Shown: piece after piece, positions 8,035 through 17,374 of the stretch
Numbering within the stretch: the stretch's first letter is position 1
Layout: each line of letters opens with the position of its first letter
Origin: a virus
Lineage: Duplodnaviria; Caudoviricetes
IMG/VR virus record: IMGVR_UViG_3300005434_000009
Span: 1-64,000 of that record
Reading direction: 5' to 3' (one strand)
DNA: 64,000 bases
Program-made: the position numbers and the translations under genes
The notes under the pieces: model-generated
What the model was told of the DNA's origin: nothing
Seen by the model: only the letters and a program-made list of their open reading frames with translations
Databases searched by the model: none

Positions 8035-8771
8035 GCCGCCGCCTCCGTGTTAGGTTCCCGCACCCGACGTACCGCCCTGCACCGCATGTGACCGTCGGCG
8101 TCCACATAGGTGGTGTCGGAGTTGTACGGGGTCAGGACGTGCCGTTCGGGTCGGCAGCGGCACAGCTTCTCCCCCGGCAGCAACGTGCGCTGCTCAGCGG
8201 GAAGCAGCCGTTCGGCCTGCCGGCGACGGTCGATCCCCACCCGGCACAGGCGTTGACCGCGCGGATCCACATACGTCGACTCGGAGGTCTCCGCCGTCAA
8301 CACGTGTTTGCGGCCCGGGCAACGGCACAGCACCGGGGCGTTGGGGTCCTTCACCTTCTTCGGACCCCGCTTACGGCGCTGATCACACCCACGGCACCGC
8401 AGACGGCCGGTGGTTTCGTTGCGGCGGATGTTCTCCGGGATCCACGGGTGATCCCCCGCGGCGCACTTCCCGTTGTCACCGTGCCGACGTGACGCCCCCG
8501 CAACAGCCCCTGGTTCGCCCTCTGCCGCATCCTCGGTGTCCGGTGCGGGTGTGGAGACCATGTCGGTGCGTAGACGCCCGTAGGAGTCCCTGGGGACACT
8601 CAAACCCGACCCGACCGGTTCAGCCAGGCCCATCATTTCCAGCGACTCCCGCAGCTCATCCTTCGGGATATTTCGCCGCTCCATCATGTTCACAAGACGG
8701 ATACGCACCAACCGGGCCTGCTCCGCATCACAACCGACTGGGGTGAGGCGAGAACCACCGCCGAAATCCAT
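8031..8771 (-). CDS. Protein with three C..H..C..(C) Zn-finger-like repeats
   Basis: Repeats CAAGDH..RCRGC, CRCPGRKH..LCR, CRCRPERH..RCR resemble the C-terminal module of the HNH at 47601. Confidence 0.6.
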   Translation of the reverse strand: MDFGGGSRLTPVGCDAEQARLVRIRLVNMMERRNIPKDELRESLEMMGLAEPVGSGLSVPRDSYGRLRTDMVSTPAPDTEDAAEGEPGAVAGASRRHGDNGKCAAGDHPWIPENIRRNETTGRLRCRGCDQRRKRGPKKVKDPNAPVLCRCPGRKHVLTAETSESTYVDPRGQRLCRVGIDRRRQAERLLPAEQRTLLPGEKLCRCRPERHVLTPYNSDTTYVDADGHMRCRAVRRVREPNTEAAA

Positions 8772-9217
8772 CAGGCCACCTCTGATTCGTTCGCTCGGGC
8801 CGCGCGCATTCGGCGCAGCGGGGGATCAGCTAAATACGACAGGCCGTCCTCGAGGTCGCCGACGAACCTTCCGAGGAGCAGGAAATTGTGCGGGGCGCAC
8901 AAGATCCCCCTCGGCTCCCCCGTGACGTGGTCGTGATCCACCGCCAACTTCCGGGCCCTCCCATTCGCCGTACACGACGGGATCGCGCACGTCCCACCCT
9001 GAAACGCCAACAACTCCTCGTACTCCCCCGGGTCCAACCCGTAGGTCTTCACCACCCGGGAGTCATGACGGGCCTGCTTCTGCGCCTTCACATGGGCCCG
9101 CCAATGGGTGTTGCAGCGACGCGAACGAGGACCACCATGGACAGCTGGGCGGGGCTTCTGCGGGCGGTCATCCACCGGGAGAGCAGCACAATCGACGCAG
9201 GCGTGTTGTGAACTCAC
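8771..9217 (-). CDS. Endonuclease VII (Holliday junction resolvase)
   Basis: YGL..EY..L...QGG.CAI...LAVDHDH.TG..RGILC..HN. Confidence 0.9.
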   Translation of the reverse strand: MSSQHACVDCAALPVDDRPQKPRPAVHGGPRSRRCNTHWRAHVKAQKQARHDSRVVKTYGLDPGEYEELLAFQGGTCAIPSCTANGRARKLAVDHDHVTGEPRGILCAPHNFLLLGRFVGDLEDGLSYLADPPLRRMRAARANESEVA

Positions 9218-10506
9218 GGGATCGCATCCTCGATGTCGAATAACGGATCGACCTCAGGTAGCTCCATGACCTGCGCGGTGTGAGTCACCGCCTGCTCCAG
9301 CGCCGCGCGTTCCTTGCGGGCGGACTGGATGGCCCGGAACTGAAGCCAGGCCTCCGACTTAGGCTGCGCCTGGCCGAGCCCCTTGCACCACCAGTCGTTC
9401 CGCAGGATGCATTTCGCTAGGCGCCGCCATGACGGAACCCACTGCTTGGCCTCCAACACCATCGGAGCCTCATCGGGGATCTCCGCGTAACCCCGCCCGA
9501 TCCAGCCCTTCAGGAACGACTGAAACCGGCGGATGTAGTGCTCGCGGGTCTTCTTCGGCAGCGACGCCAACAGCAGGTTGGTGTAGGACTTCCAGGTGTG
9601 ACCGGCAGGTAGGTCAACGTGGCCGTAGCCGGCGACGTTGCCGCGTTCCTGCACGTACAGGGCGCCGGTGTTGGCGCCGTTGACCCGGGCCACCAGTTTG
9701 AACCAGGTGTCCGGCTCGAGCAGGTGGTACAGCCACAACCCCTGCCGTTGGTCGTCGCCGTAGGGCTGGCACAGGCGTTGCTTAGACAACGGGACGCCGG
9801 CTTTGTGCATGAGGTCGTAGATGATGTTGTGCGGGTAGTCCGGGAAGCGGGCGTGGAACCGCCAAATGTCCTCGGTCTGCCAGTCGTAAATCGGGTACAC
9901 GTTGTACAGCTCGCGGCCGATCCCGGTGGTGAACCGGCGTCCCTTCCACATGGGTTTGCGGTCCCACTTCACGATCGTCCCCAACCGGTGCAGGGACTCA
10001 TCCGCCCGAATGCCGATCATGGCGGCGGTGCGTTGGCCTTCGGAGTACCGGTAGCCCCACTCGACCATGAACTCCTCGAACTCCATCCGAGGGATGAACC
10101 AGTCATAGCCGGGATGGGCATCGGCGGGGAGTTCGCGCACCCACTTATCCCGCTGGTCGGGGTCCCAGCAGGTCCACTGCGGTTCGAAGTTCGTGACCGC
10201 GTTCCGCAGGTTCAGCGGCAGGCACACCCAGTGCAGGTCGATGTGCTCCCGGTACATGTCCACACAGGTCTGGATGTGGTCGATGGTGGCCCGGTACTGG
10301 GCTTCCATGTCGATGATCAGCACCCCGACCTGGCGGCCGCGCCGGATCGCCTCCTCCATGGCCAGGTGCAGCATGACCGTGGAGTCCTTGCCGCCGGAGA
10401 AGCTGATGTACACCTTCTCGAACTCGTCGAACGTCCAGGCGATCCGCTCCCGGGCCGCCTGAAGGACCGTCTTGTTCGGGTTGTACTTCTTCCGCAAGTC
10501 AGTCAT
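9214..10506 (-). CDS. ibrA: PAPS-reductase/PP-loop family protein with DUF3440 (IbrA/YbdN-like)
   Basis: SFSGGKDS, IGIRADES..R, YPIYDW, QRLCQPYG, SWRRLAKCILRNDWWCK. Confidence 0.85.
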   Translation of the reverse strand: MTDLRKKYNPNKTVLQAARERIAWTFDEFEKVYISFSGGKDSTVMLHLAMEEAIRRGRQVGVLIIDMEAQYRATIDHIQTCVDMYREHIDLHWVCLPLNLRNAVTNFEPQWTCWDPDQRDKWVRELPADAHPGYDWFIPRMEFEEFMVEWGYRYSEGQRTAAMIGIRADESLHRLGTIVKWDRKPMWKGRRFTTGIGRELYNVYPIYDWQTEDIWRFHARFPDYPHNIIYDLMHKAGVPLSKQRLCQPYGDDQRQGLWLYHLLEPDTWFKLVARVNGANTGALYVQERGNVAGYGHVDLPAGHTWKSYTNLLLASLPKKTREHYIRRFQSFLKGWIGRGYAEIPDEAPMVLEAKQWVPSWRRLAKCILRNDWWCKGLGQAQPKSEAWLQFRAIQSARKERAALEQAVTHTAQVMELPEVDPLFDIEDAIP

Positions 10507-11690
10507 CAGTACAACTCCGGCTGGGTCTTACGCTCCGCGTCCTTCAACGTCGCCAACGTCGGACGGCCCACCGATGCCAGCCACTTGTTCAGGTGCTCGA
10601 ACGCGGCCTGGTTCGCCCGCTCCTGCTCCTCCTTGCTCATGAGGGAGAAGCCGTTGCAGAACGCCGCCGGCACACCGGAGTCCCAACACATCGCCGCCTG
10701 CCCCAACCAGGCGATCCTGTTCATGCGCTCGTTGGACAGGTTGTGCTCGGTGGAGTTCGGCCAGTCCTTGAACACCCCGTCCATGGCGATCTGGAATCGG
10801 GGGATGTCACGGAGGAAGTCCGCGTACATGGCCTTCATCCGATCCGCCGTCAACGTCCGGTTCGGTGGAGTTGAGTCGAAGAACCCGGCGGCGAACGCCT
10901 CCCACTTGTCCCAGGTGTGATAGATGCGCCCCGACTGACCGTCCGGCACCTCCACCTGCGGGATCTCCGCCTCCATGCCCTCGAAATCGTCGTCAGGGTC
11001 GGCGACGTCCCAAGACGCGGAGAACTCATCGTCGGAGAACAGTTCCGCGATGCCGGACATCTGGCACAGCCGCAACACCTCGTCGGCTTCCATGCCGAGT
11101 TCCCGGGCGATCCGCTCATCCGGCCAGTTGCGGGACTTCAGCTCCACCACAATGTCGGACATGGCGTCCACCCGGTGCTTACCCCGGGCCCGGTTGTGGC
11201 GGATCGTGGAAGCGATGCGGTCGTTGCGTCCCTGCTGCTCAGATCGGATACGGACCGCTGGGAGGTAGCCGTGGACCCGCTGGGCCACGTCGGGCATTTC
11301 CGTGCCGACCCGGTGGCGGTGGAAGCCGTCGATGACCACTCGACCGTCGTCGTCGGGCATGGTCACGATCGGTTGGGTGTAGCCGTCGTTCATGATGGAG
11401 ATCCGGAGCAACTCCAGCTCAGGAGGGGCTACGACGTTCGGGTTGTAATCGTTCGCCCTGATGTCGCCGTTCGGGATCCACTCGACCAAATCCACGGGCT
11501 CCGTCTGAAACGGAGAGTGCTCAGCCAACACCGCGCGGAGCTCGTTGAGCAGCTGCACCCGCTGCGGCATTTCCAACCCGCGAAACCAGAGCTTGGCCAG
11601 TGCGCGCAGATCCGCAACCGCCCGACTGGGGATGGTGGGAGGCGGAGCTGAGTCAGTTGCGGCCACTAGCTTGAGCTGTTCGGGGGTCAC
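10506..11690 (-). CDS. ibrB: ParB/Srx-like nuclease (IbrB/YbdM-like) fused to an extra C-terminal domain
   Basis: ANDYNPN.VAPPE, VIDGFHR, RIASTIRHNRARGKH, LGMEADEVLRL; extra RIYHTWDKWE...NRIAWLGQAA domain; start re-called at GTGA overlap. Confidence 0.8.
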   Translation of the reverse strand: MTPEQLKLVAATDSAPPPTIPSRAVADLRALAKLWFRGLEMPQRVQLLNELRAVLAEHSPFQTEPVDLVEWIPNGDIRANDYNPNVVAPPELELLRISIMNDGYTQPIVTMPDDDGRVVIDGFHRHRVGTEMPDVAQRVHGYLPAVRIRSEQQGRNDRIASTIRHNRARGKHRVDAMSDIVVELKSRNWPDERIARELGMEADEVLRLCQMSGIAELFSDDEFSASWDVADPDDDFEGMEAEIPQVEVPDGQSGRIYHTWDKWEAFAAGFFDSTPPNRTLTADRMKAMYADFLRDIPRFQIAMDGVFKDWPNSTEHNLSNERMNRIAWLGQAAMCWDSGVPAAFCNGFSLMSKEEQERANQAAFEHLNKWLASVGRPTLATLKDAERKTQPELY

Positions 11691-11860
11691 CGGTGCCACC
11701 CCGCCGGCATCCTCGGAACCGCGTACTTCAGCAACCGCCGTGCGGCTTCCGACCAGCTCAGGCCGTCCCGGTCCGCTACCAGCCCGATCTCCTCCGCGAT
11801 CACATCCTCCAACCGGAGGGAGTGGGTCGTGCGTGGAGGCTCCTTCTTCGTGTTCGTCAT
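11687..11860 (-). CDS. Ribbon-helix-helix DNA-binding protein
   Basis: THSLRLEDVIAEEI..VADRDGLSWSEAARRLL (beta-alpha-alpha pattern). Confidence 0.7.
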   Translation of the reverse strand: MTNTKKEPPRTTHSLRLEDVIAEEIGLVADRDGLSWSEAARRLLKYAVPRMPAGWHR

Positions 11861-11872
11861 GCTCACATCGTA
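11861..11872 (-). promoter_or_regulatory. Putative leaderless promoter (-10 TACGAT, 6 nt before ATG)
   Basis: TANNNT hexamer 6 nt upstream of RHH ATG, no RBS. Confidence 0.45.
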
Positions 11873-11923
11873 TTGCATCGTCATGCGTTGTAGCGGGCCA
11901 GGGAAGCGCCATCAGGTCGCCGG

Positions 11924-12175
11924 TCACGCCGCACCGTCTTTCTGTTCGTCGTCCTGGACAGCGGTCGGATGGGCGGCCTTCACATGCCGCTGACCAGCCA
12001 CAAGCGCCGCGATCTTCGACTCATGCACCGCCTTCCACCCACACCCGCAGCGAGCCACATGGCCGTAGAAAGTGGCAGCCGTCATCACCTGGTTAATCTC
12101 GCTCGGTCCGGGGCTCACGCCTCCTCCCCCTGGGAGGCGAACCTTCAACGCCCTAGCCCTCGTCGGGTCGGTCAT
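11924..12175 (-). CDS. Small CxCGW..H Zn-binding protein
   Basis: ARCGCGWK..H motif, similar to 35689..36000. Confidence 0.55.
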   Translation of the reverse strand: MTDPTRARALKVRLPGGGGVSPGPSEINQVMTAATFYGHVARCGCGWKAVHESKIAALVAGQRHVKAAHPTAVQDDEQKDGAA

Positions 12176-12879
12176 GCCGCTCCCTCACCGGTCGAAGTGC
12201 GCTCCTCTAGATTCGCAAGCTCGCCCTGCCCTGGGATGGTGCGCAACGCCGTGAACGCGGTGACGGCCTTGGCCATCTCCAACACCACGTGCTCGGGTGT
12301 ATCGCAGGCTTCCTTCCCGGTGAATCGGGCGATCCGCCAGCCCTCAAGCTCGAGTGCCCTGTGCCGTTTGCGGTCGTTCTCGAACGTCTTCTTGTCCGAG
12401 TGGTAGGCGTAGCCGTCGATCTCGAACGCGATCCGCTTGTCCGGCAGGGCGAAGTCCAGGCGGTACTTGAACAGGTCGTGCTGGGCGACCAGGCCTTCCA
12501 GCTCCGGCAGGTTCATCTGGGTGTGCGCTTCCCAGACGCGAAGCTCAGCCTCGGAGTCGAGCCGCACGGGAACCGGCGGGTCGATCTCCTGGGACTCCAC
12601 CAGCGTCACGCCCTTGTGCTGGGTGAAGACGATGGCGAACTTTCCGCCGCACATCTCGCACCACCCGTGGAGCGCGATCCGATGCCGGTGGCCGGTGCAT
12701 ACCCGATTCCCTATCGGGACCACTTCGGATCCGATCTGGCCGGCCTTGGTGACCGAGATGTGGGTGATCTCGCCGTCCTCCCGAATGCGAGCAGCTACCC
12801 GTGCCTCGTCGACGTGGACGTACACGTCGCCGCAGAGCGGGCAGCAAAGCTGTTCGGCCCTGTCCGTGTAGACGCTCAT
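12172..12879 (-). CDS. Zn-ribbon plus DUF559/Vsr-like endonuclease fusion
   Basis: N-terminal CPLC..CEMC; C-terminal YRLDFALPDKRIAFEIDGYAYH..DRKRHRALELEGWRIARFT. Confidence 0.8.
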   Translation of the reverse strand: MSVYTDRAEQLCCPLCGDVYVHVDEARVAARIREDGEITHISVTKAGQIGSEVVPIGNRVCTGHRHRIALHGWCEMCGGKFAIVFTQHKGVTLVESQEIDPPVPVRLDSEAELRVWEAHTQMNLPELEGLVAQHDLFKYRLDFALPDKRIAFEIDGYAYHSDKKTFENDRKRHRALELEGWRIARFTGKEACDTPEHVVLEMAKAVTAFTALRTIPGQGELANLEERTSTGEGAA

Positions 12880-14462
12880 GCGCGCTCCTTGAAGTCTTCG
12901 TCGACCAGCCACGGCCAGTCGTTGGGGTCCTCGCTCCACTTCAGGGCCCGTGGCCAGTGGCGTTCGTCGCGGTTGCCACGCCACGGCTGCACCACGACGT
13001 TCTTGCAGGGGTAGTCGTCGGTGGCCGGCCGGATCCCCATGCCCATCTCGGGCCACCGCATCAGCAGGCTCGACCCGAACGGGCGGAGCGTGCGGACACC
13101 GTTGGAGGCGTGTGGGGCGTGGTGCTCAACGATCAGTGCGCAATCGGCGTGCACCCGGGCGGCATCCAGCGCGGCAACGACTCGGCGGGCGCCCTTCTCC
13201 TCTTCGGAGTCGGCGGCGTGGAGGCGGTAGAACGGCCCACACACCAGAAGGTCCGGTTTGTGCGCCACCACCCGCTCCATCAGCCAGGCGGTGTCGTCCG
13301 GGCGGGACAGGTCGATCCCCGTGGGCCGGTGGATGACGAACATCCCCCCATCCGGCACCCGGTGGTTCTTCAGCCGGGCCACCCGCTCCAGTCCGCGGAA
13401 GTGCTTGCGGCCCTGCCGTTCGGAGTTCTCGCAGTCGATGTACAGCACCTTCTGGCGTGGGATCGACTCCGACCGGAACGGGTGGATACCGGCGGCCGCC
13501 GCGACGGCGATCTGCCGGACCGTGAGCGACTTACCCAGTCCCTCGGTTCCGGTCCAGATCAGGCGATCCCCACGCTCGAGCAGCCCAGGTACGACCCAGG
13601 TGGTGGGCGGGTCCACTTCGGACAGGAACTCGTGGAGGTCCGGGGCGAGGAACACCACCGGGGCGACCTCGGTCGTCCACGTGACCAGCAGGTCGTCGAG
13701 CGTGCCGCCGGCCGCCAGGTGGTCGGAGATGTCCTTGCCGCCCGTTGGTTCGACGATCGTCACCGAACCGGCGACCTCAGCGAGGGAGTCCGCTATCGCG
13801 CGGGCGTGGGCCTGGCCGGGCCTGTCGCAGTCGGCGACGATCCGGACGTGGGCGTCCACGAAATGGTCGGTGTACTCGTCGAGCCACTTTCCCGGCCCGG
13901 CGCCGCCGGAGTTGCAGGTGGCGGTGATCCCGTGGCGGGCGAGGGTTTCGACGTCCTTCTCACCTTCGACGACCCACACCGTCTGCCCTGCTTCGAGCGC
14001 GGCGATGAGCTCAGGGAGCCGGTAGAGCACCTTTCGGGTGTCGCCGAGTTTCCAACGCCAGCCAGACTTGGCGATCGGGTCCGGTACCCGCTGGCGGAAA
14101 GTCTTCGATCCGCCGGGCTGCGGGACGCGCAGCACCTGGAACAGGAGCTTCCCGCTCTCGTCGCGGTAGTCGTAGACGTGGCTTGCCGGGCCGGCCGGGG
14201 TCCACTCCTCGTCGTTCTCCCGTCGCTCCTCCGGAGGTAGCGAGATGTCGGCCCACGTGAGTTCCAGGGCGGCGAGGATGTCCTCGGTCTGACATCCGGC
14301 GTGGCAGTTCAGGACGACCGGCTGCGTGGTCCCCGGGGTGATCGACAGGCTCGGGTTGTGATCCTCATGGGCCGGGCAGCGGGACTGGAATCCGCCGGCG
14401 ACGCTGCGGACGCCCACCAGTCGTGGGAGCAGCGTGTCGTGCAGGACATCTGCGACCGTCAT
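12876..14462 (-). CDS. DNA primase-helicase (Zn-binding, TOPRIM, AAA_25/RepA-type ATPase)
   Basis: CPAHED..C.AGC; VVEGEKD, VADCD; Walker A GTEGLGKS. Confidence 0.9.
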   Translation of the reverse strand: MTVADVLHDTLLPRLVGVRSVAGGFQSRCPAHEDHNPSLSITPGTTQPVVLNCHAGCQTEDILAALELTWADISLPPEERRENDEEWTPAGPASHVYDYRDESGKLLFQVLRVPQPGGSKTFRQRVPDPIAKSGWRWKLGDTRKVLYRLPELIAALEAGQTVWVVEGEKDVETLARHGITATCNSGGAGPGKWLDEYTDHFVDAHVRIVADCDRPGQAHARAIADSLAEVAGSVTIVEPTGGKDISDHLAAGGTLDDLLVTWTTEVAPVVFLAPDLHEFLSEVDPPTTWVVPGLLERGDRLIWTGTEGLGKSLTVRQIAVAAAAGIHPFRSESIPRQKVLYIDCENSERQGRKHFRGLERVARLKNHRVPDGGMFVIHRPTGIDLSRPDDTAWLMERVVAHKPDLLVCGPFYRLHAADSEEEKGARRVVAALDAARVHADCALIVEHHAPHASNGVRTLRPFGSSLLMRWPEMGMGIRPATDDYPCKNVVVQPWRGNRDERHWPRALKWSEDPNDWPWLVDEDFKERA

Positions 14463-15505
14463 GACGAGTACCTCGTCACGTCGGCCCACGGAGACCGGTT
14501 CGGGTTGATCGCGTCGTTGTTGGCCTTCGCGCGGTCGGCGTTCGCGCGCCACTCCTCCCGGGCCCGTAGGGCGAGCTTGTCGTACTTCTCCCGGAACGTG
14601 GGGATCGAGTGGATGTTGGCCATCCAGAACGCGTCCTGCTGACACCAGTCGATCAGGTTCAGCGCCTTCGAGAGCTCGCGCTTGTCCCGGTCGAGCATCA
14701 GCCGCGCCTGCCGCCGCCATTCCTTCGTGATGGTCGGAGCCTTGACACCGTTCTGGATCATCCACTCGCGCAACCGGTCGCAGAGCGCGTCCACGTCGTC
14801 CCGCCGAGCTTCATCGTCCGAGCATTCGTCCGGCTTCGGCGCAGCCGAATCGGACCGAGAAGAATCAACTGCAGAAGCTGAAGAACTCCCCCTAACCTTC
14901 CCCCGTTCCTTACCCGGGGGTTCGGCGAAGTCTTCCGCGAAGGGTTCATTGGAAGGGTTTCCGGAAGGGTTCGGCGAACCCTCTTCGGGCTGGTTATTTA
15001 GGACCCTTGGAGGTGGTTGAGGTGCGCCCTCCGGATCGAGTTCATCCGCACATGCATGCGGGTCTGGGTAGACCATGACCCGGTTGGTTCCGACCGACTT
15101 CGCTGGCGGTGCCGGTGGGAGCTTGCGAAGCTCGACGGCGAGGGTCTTGCGAATGATCGGAGACCGAGCCAGGCGGGCATGAGCCAACGCCTGCTTCAGG
15201 ACGTTCGGCTGGTCGGCGATACCGTCGTTGCGGATGAACGACCGCACCAGAACCTCACGGCGCCGCTCGCCGACCACAACGAACCGGGCTTCGACCAGCT
15301 CATCCAGCGCGTCTTCCAGCTCACTGAGGCCTAGTCCCAGATCCTCCGCCCACTCTTCGTCGCACACTGGCATCACCCCGGCGGCATTCAGGTAGGCGTC
15401 CTGAAGCAGGAAGACGTACAGCAACTTCGCGTGCGGGGTCAGCGCCCGCATTTCCGGGTCACCACTCAGGGCGCCCACTTTTAGCCTTGCGTGTGCACGG
15501 GCCAT
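14459..15505 (-). CDS. Replication initiator (RepA/O-like)
   Basis: N-terminal wHTH-like LTPHAKLLYVFLL, central low-complexity linker with iteron-like repeats, C-terminal IDWCQQDAFW..NIHSIPTFREKYDKL; sits before primase-helicase. Confidence 0.75.
   Translation of the reverse strand: MARAHARLKVGALSGDPEMRALTPHAKLLYVFLLQDAYLNAAGVMPVCDEEWAEDLGLGLSELEDALDELVEARFVVVGERRREVLVRSFIRNDGIADQPNVLKQALAHARLARSPIIRKTLAVELRKLPPAPPAKSVGTNRVMVYPDPHACADELDPEGAPQPPPRVLNNQPEEGSPNPSGNPSNEPFAEDFAEPPGKERGKVRGSSSASAVDSSRSDSAAPKPDECSDDEARRDDVDALCDRLREWMIQNGVKAPTITKEWRRQARLMLDRDKRELSKALNLIDWCQQDAFWMANIHSIPTFREKYDKLALRAREEWRANADRAKANNDAINPNRSPWADVTRYSS
14917..14986. repeat. Iteron-like repeats, candidate origin inside the initiator gene
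   Basis: GAAGGGTT at 14939, 14952, 14964; GGGTTCGGCGAA twice; inverted GAACCCTCTTC at 14976. Confidence 0.55.
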
Positions 15506-15592
15506 CAGCTGGCTGCCGTTCCTGGTCGCTCATGCGTTGAGCGGGGAGCCCGCATGGTCGACCTCCTCTCGGTCACGTCGGGGGCACTGGGG

Positions 15593-16018
15593 TCAGAACG
15601 GGGCGTCTTGACTGGCCCACGGGTCGCCTGCGGGTGCGTGCTGCGTGGAGCGGTCGCTGCCGCGCTCGACCTTGTTGACCTTCGCGGTAGCGAATCGGAG
15701 CTCCGGGCCGATGGAATCGACCTGGAGTTCCATGTCAGTGCGCTTCTCCCCGCTCTTCGTCTCGTAGGAGCGCGTGGAGAGCCGGCCGGAAGCGATGACC
15801 CTCGTGCCCTTGGTGACGGACTCAGCGACGGACTCAGCGAGTTGGCGCCAGCAGGCCAGCCGGAACCACATGGTCTCGCCGTCTTTCCAGTCCTGACCGT
15901 CCTTCACGCGGGGAGTGACAGCGACGGTCAGGTTCGCCACGGCGACACCGCTGGGCAGGAACCGCAGCTCGGGCTCGCTCACGCAGTTGCCGACGATCGT
16001 GACAGTGGGCTCGTTCAT
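15593..16018 (-). CDS. ssb: Single-stranded DNA-binding protein
   Basis: TIVGN...PELRF.PSG.AVAN, KGTRVIASGRL..RSYE, acidic DAPF tail. Confidence 0.95.
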   Translation of the reverse strand: MNEPTVTIVGNCVSEPELRFLPSGVAVANLTVAVTPRVKDGQDWKDGETMWFRLACWRQLAESVAESVTKGTRVIASGRLSTRSYETKSGEKRTDMELQVDSIGPELRFATAKVNKVERGSDRSTQHAPAGDPWASQDAPF

Positions 16019-16473
16019 GCGACGCCTTCTTCCTCGGGTACTTCGGTGATCGATCCATCGGTGTTCAAGAAGCAGTAGCCGTGACCACTGAGCCAGACCG
16101 GGACATCAGCTGGGTTGCGGGTGGAGGGCACCGCCCATCCCTGCTCGCGGGCGGCTTGGGGGTTCACGGTGATGTGGTGGTGGTGGGCACGGCACAGGTG
16201 CAGGAGGTTCTCGATGGCCCAGAGGCCTCCCTGGCTGCGGTTGCGGCGGTGGTGGGCGTCCGTGGCCAGGCAGCCGATTCCGATCTCGCAGCGGCCGCCT
16301 GAGCGGTGCGCGAGCAGCTTCCGCGCGGAGCGTTCCTCAGGGGTCACGGTCGGGCGCGTGGGCTTGATCGCCGTCTTGGGGATGAACGCGCCTCGCTTCA
16401 GGAAGCCGCCGGGCTTCAGGGGTGTCTTGGCCACCAGGCGGGTCTTCCGGGCCAGCCCGTTGCCGCGCTTCAT
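16015..16473 (-). CDS. HNH endonuclease
   Basis: RSGGRCEI.C..TDAHHRRNRSQGG....NLLHLC..HH. Confidence 0.85.
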   Translation of the reverse strand: MKRGNGLARKTRLVAKTPLKPGGFLKRGAFIPKTAIKPTRPTVTPEERSARKLLAHRSGGRCEIGIGCLATDAHHRRNRSQGGLWAIENLLHLCRAHHHHITVNPQAAREQGWAVPSTRNPADVPVWLSGHGYCFLNTDGSITEVPEEEGVA

Positions 16474-16826
16474 GCCGCGTCCAGGTTCGACAGGTTCAGC
16501 TCAGACCGGATGGCCACACCCATGGAGCGGCCGACGTCGATGCGGATCTTCACGGTGTCGATCTGCCGGCGCAGACCGCGCACCAGGGCCTCGGCTGCTT
16601 CGGCGGCGATGCGTTGGGCGTGGGTGTCGACGATGGACTGGTGTTTGCGGATGTCCATCGGGCCCTCGGCCATCAGGAACGCCTTGGACAGGGCGAGGGT
16701 GTAGTCCTCCCGCTTGTTCACCGCCTCCCGTTCCTGGACGGCGAGGGCGTCGACCAGGCGGGACAGGTCCCGGGCCAACCCGGCGAGGTGGGTAGCGACG
16801 TCGTTGGCGGTGAGCATCTTCGTCAC
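16470..16826 (-). CDS. Helical hypothetical protein
   Basis: GTGA overlap; coiled-coil-like. Confidence 0.65.
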   Translation of the reverse strand: MTKMLTANDVATHLAGLARDLSRLVDALAVQEREAVNKREDYTLALSKAFLMAEGPMDIRKHQSIVDTHAQRIAAEAAEALVRGLRRQIDTVKIRIDVGRSMGVAIRSELNLSNLDAA

Positions 16827-17374
16827 TTCGCCACCGCCTTGAGCTGTTCGGCGGGAATGGAGAACAGGCTCTCCCGGAACTTCTCGATCACAGCCGCGTT
16901 GGTGGTCTCCTTGAGCTCCACCCCTTGCTCGCCGGCGAACAGATCGGCGACGATGGTGAGGTCCCACCCGTTCTCTGAGCAGGACTGGCGCAGCTTCGCC
17001 TTCGCCACGTCGGCCTCACTGAGCGGCTTCTCCTGGGCGGCTCGCTGACGGTTGGCCTTGTCCATCTCCTCGCGGGATGGGCGGGCACCCTTCGGGGCGA
17101 ACCCGAGTCGGGCCAGGGCTCGTCCTTCGGCGGAGGTTTCGCAGTTCTCCAGGGCGCTGGTCTGGTTCACTCCACGGCCGGTGACGATCTCCTCGGCGTG
17201 GCCGGTGGCGGCTGGTACGGAGTCGTCGGCGCTGCGGAAGATCTCGCAGCGGCAGATGTAGCGGGTGCCGTCCTGGAACAGGATGTCGGTGTGGATCCGG
17301 CCCTCGGGGTACTTCGCCCAGAACTGGGCGTTGCGTTCCTCTACGGGCTGGTAGTCGGCGAGGTTGAAGCCCAT
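16823..17374 (-). CDS. Probable ssDNA-annealing recombinase (Rad52/Sak-like)
   Basis: FNLADYQPVEER..FW.KYPEGRI, ATGHAEE, TSALENCETSAEGRAL; beside ssb. Confidence 0.55.
   Translation of the reverse strand: MGFNLADYQPVEERNAQFWAKYPEGRIHTDILFQDGTRYICRCEIFRSADDSVPAATGHAEEIVTGRGVNQTSALENCETSAEGRALARLGFAPKGARPSREEMDKANRQRAAQEKPLSEADVAKAKLRQSCSENGWDLTIVADLFAGEQGVELKETTNAAVIEKFRESLFSIPAEQLKAVAK

Noticed and set aside
9619-14240. Long plus-strand ORFs (e.g. 9619..10920, 12801..14240, 19651..21192 full length, 32108..33796 minus)
   Set aside because: Shadow frames of high-GC genes with no motifs; the opposite or shorter frames carry clear family signatures
15520-15532. 13-bp match TGAGCGACCAGGA with 48295..48307
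   Set aside because: Only two copies, both overlapping SD-like sequence; may be chance
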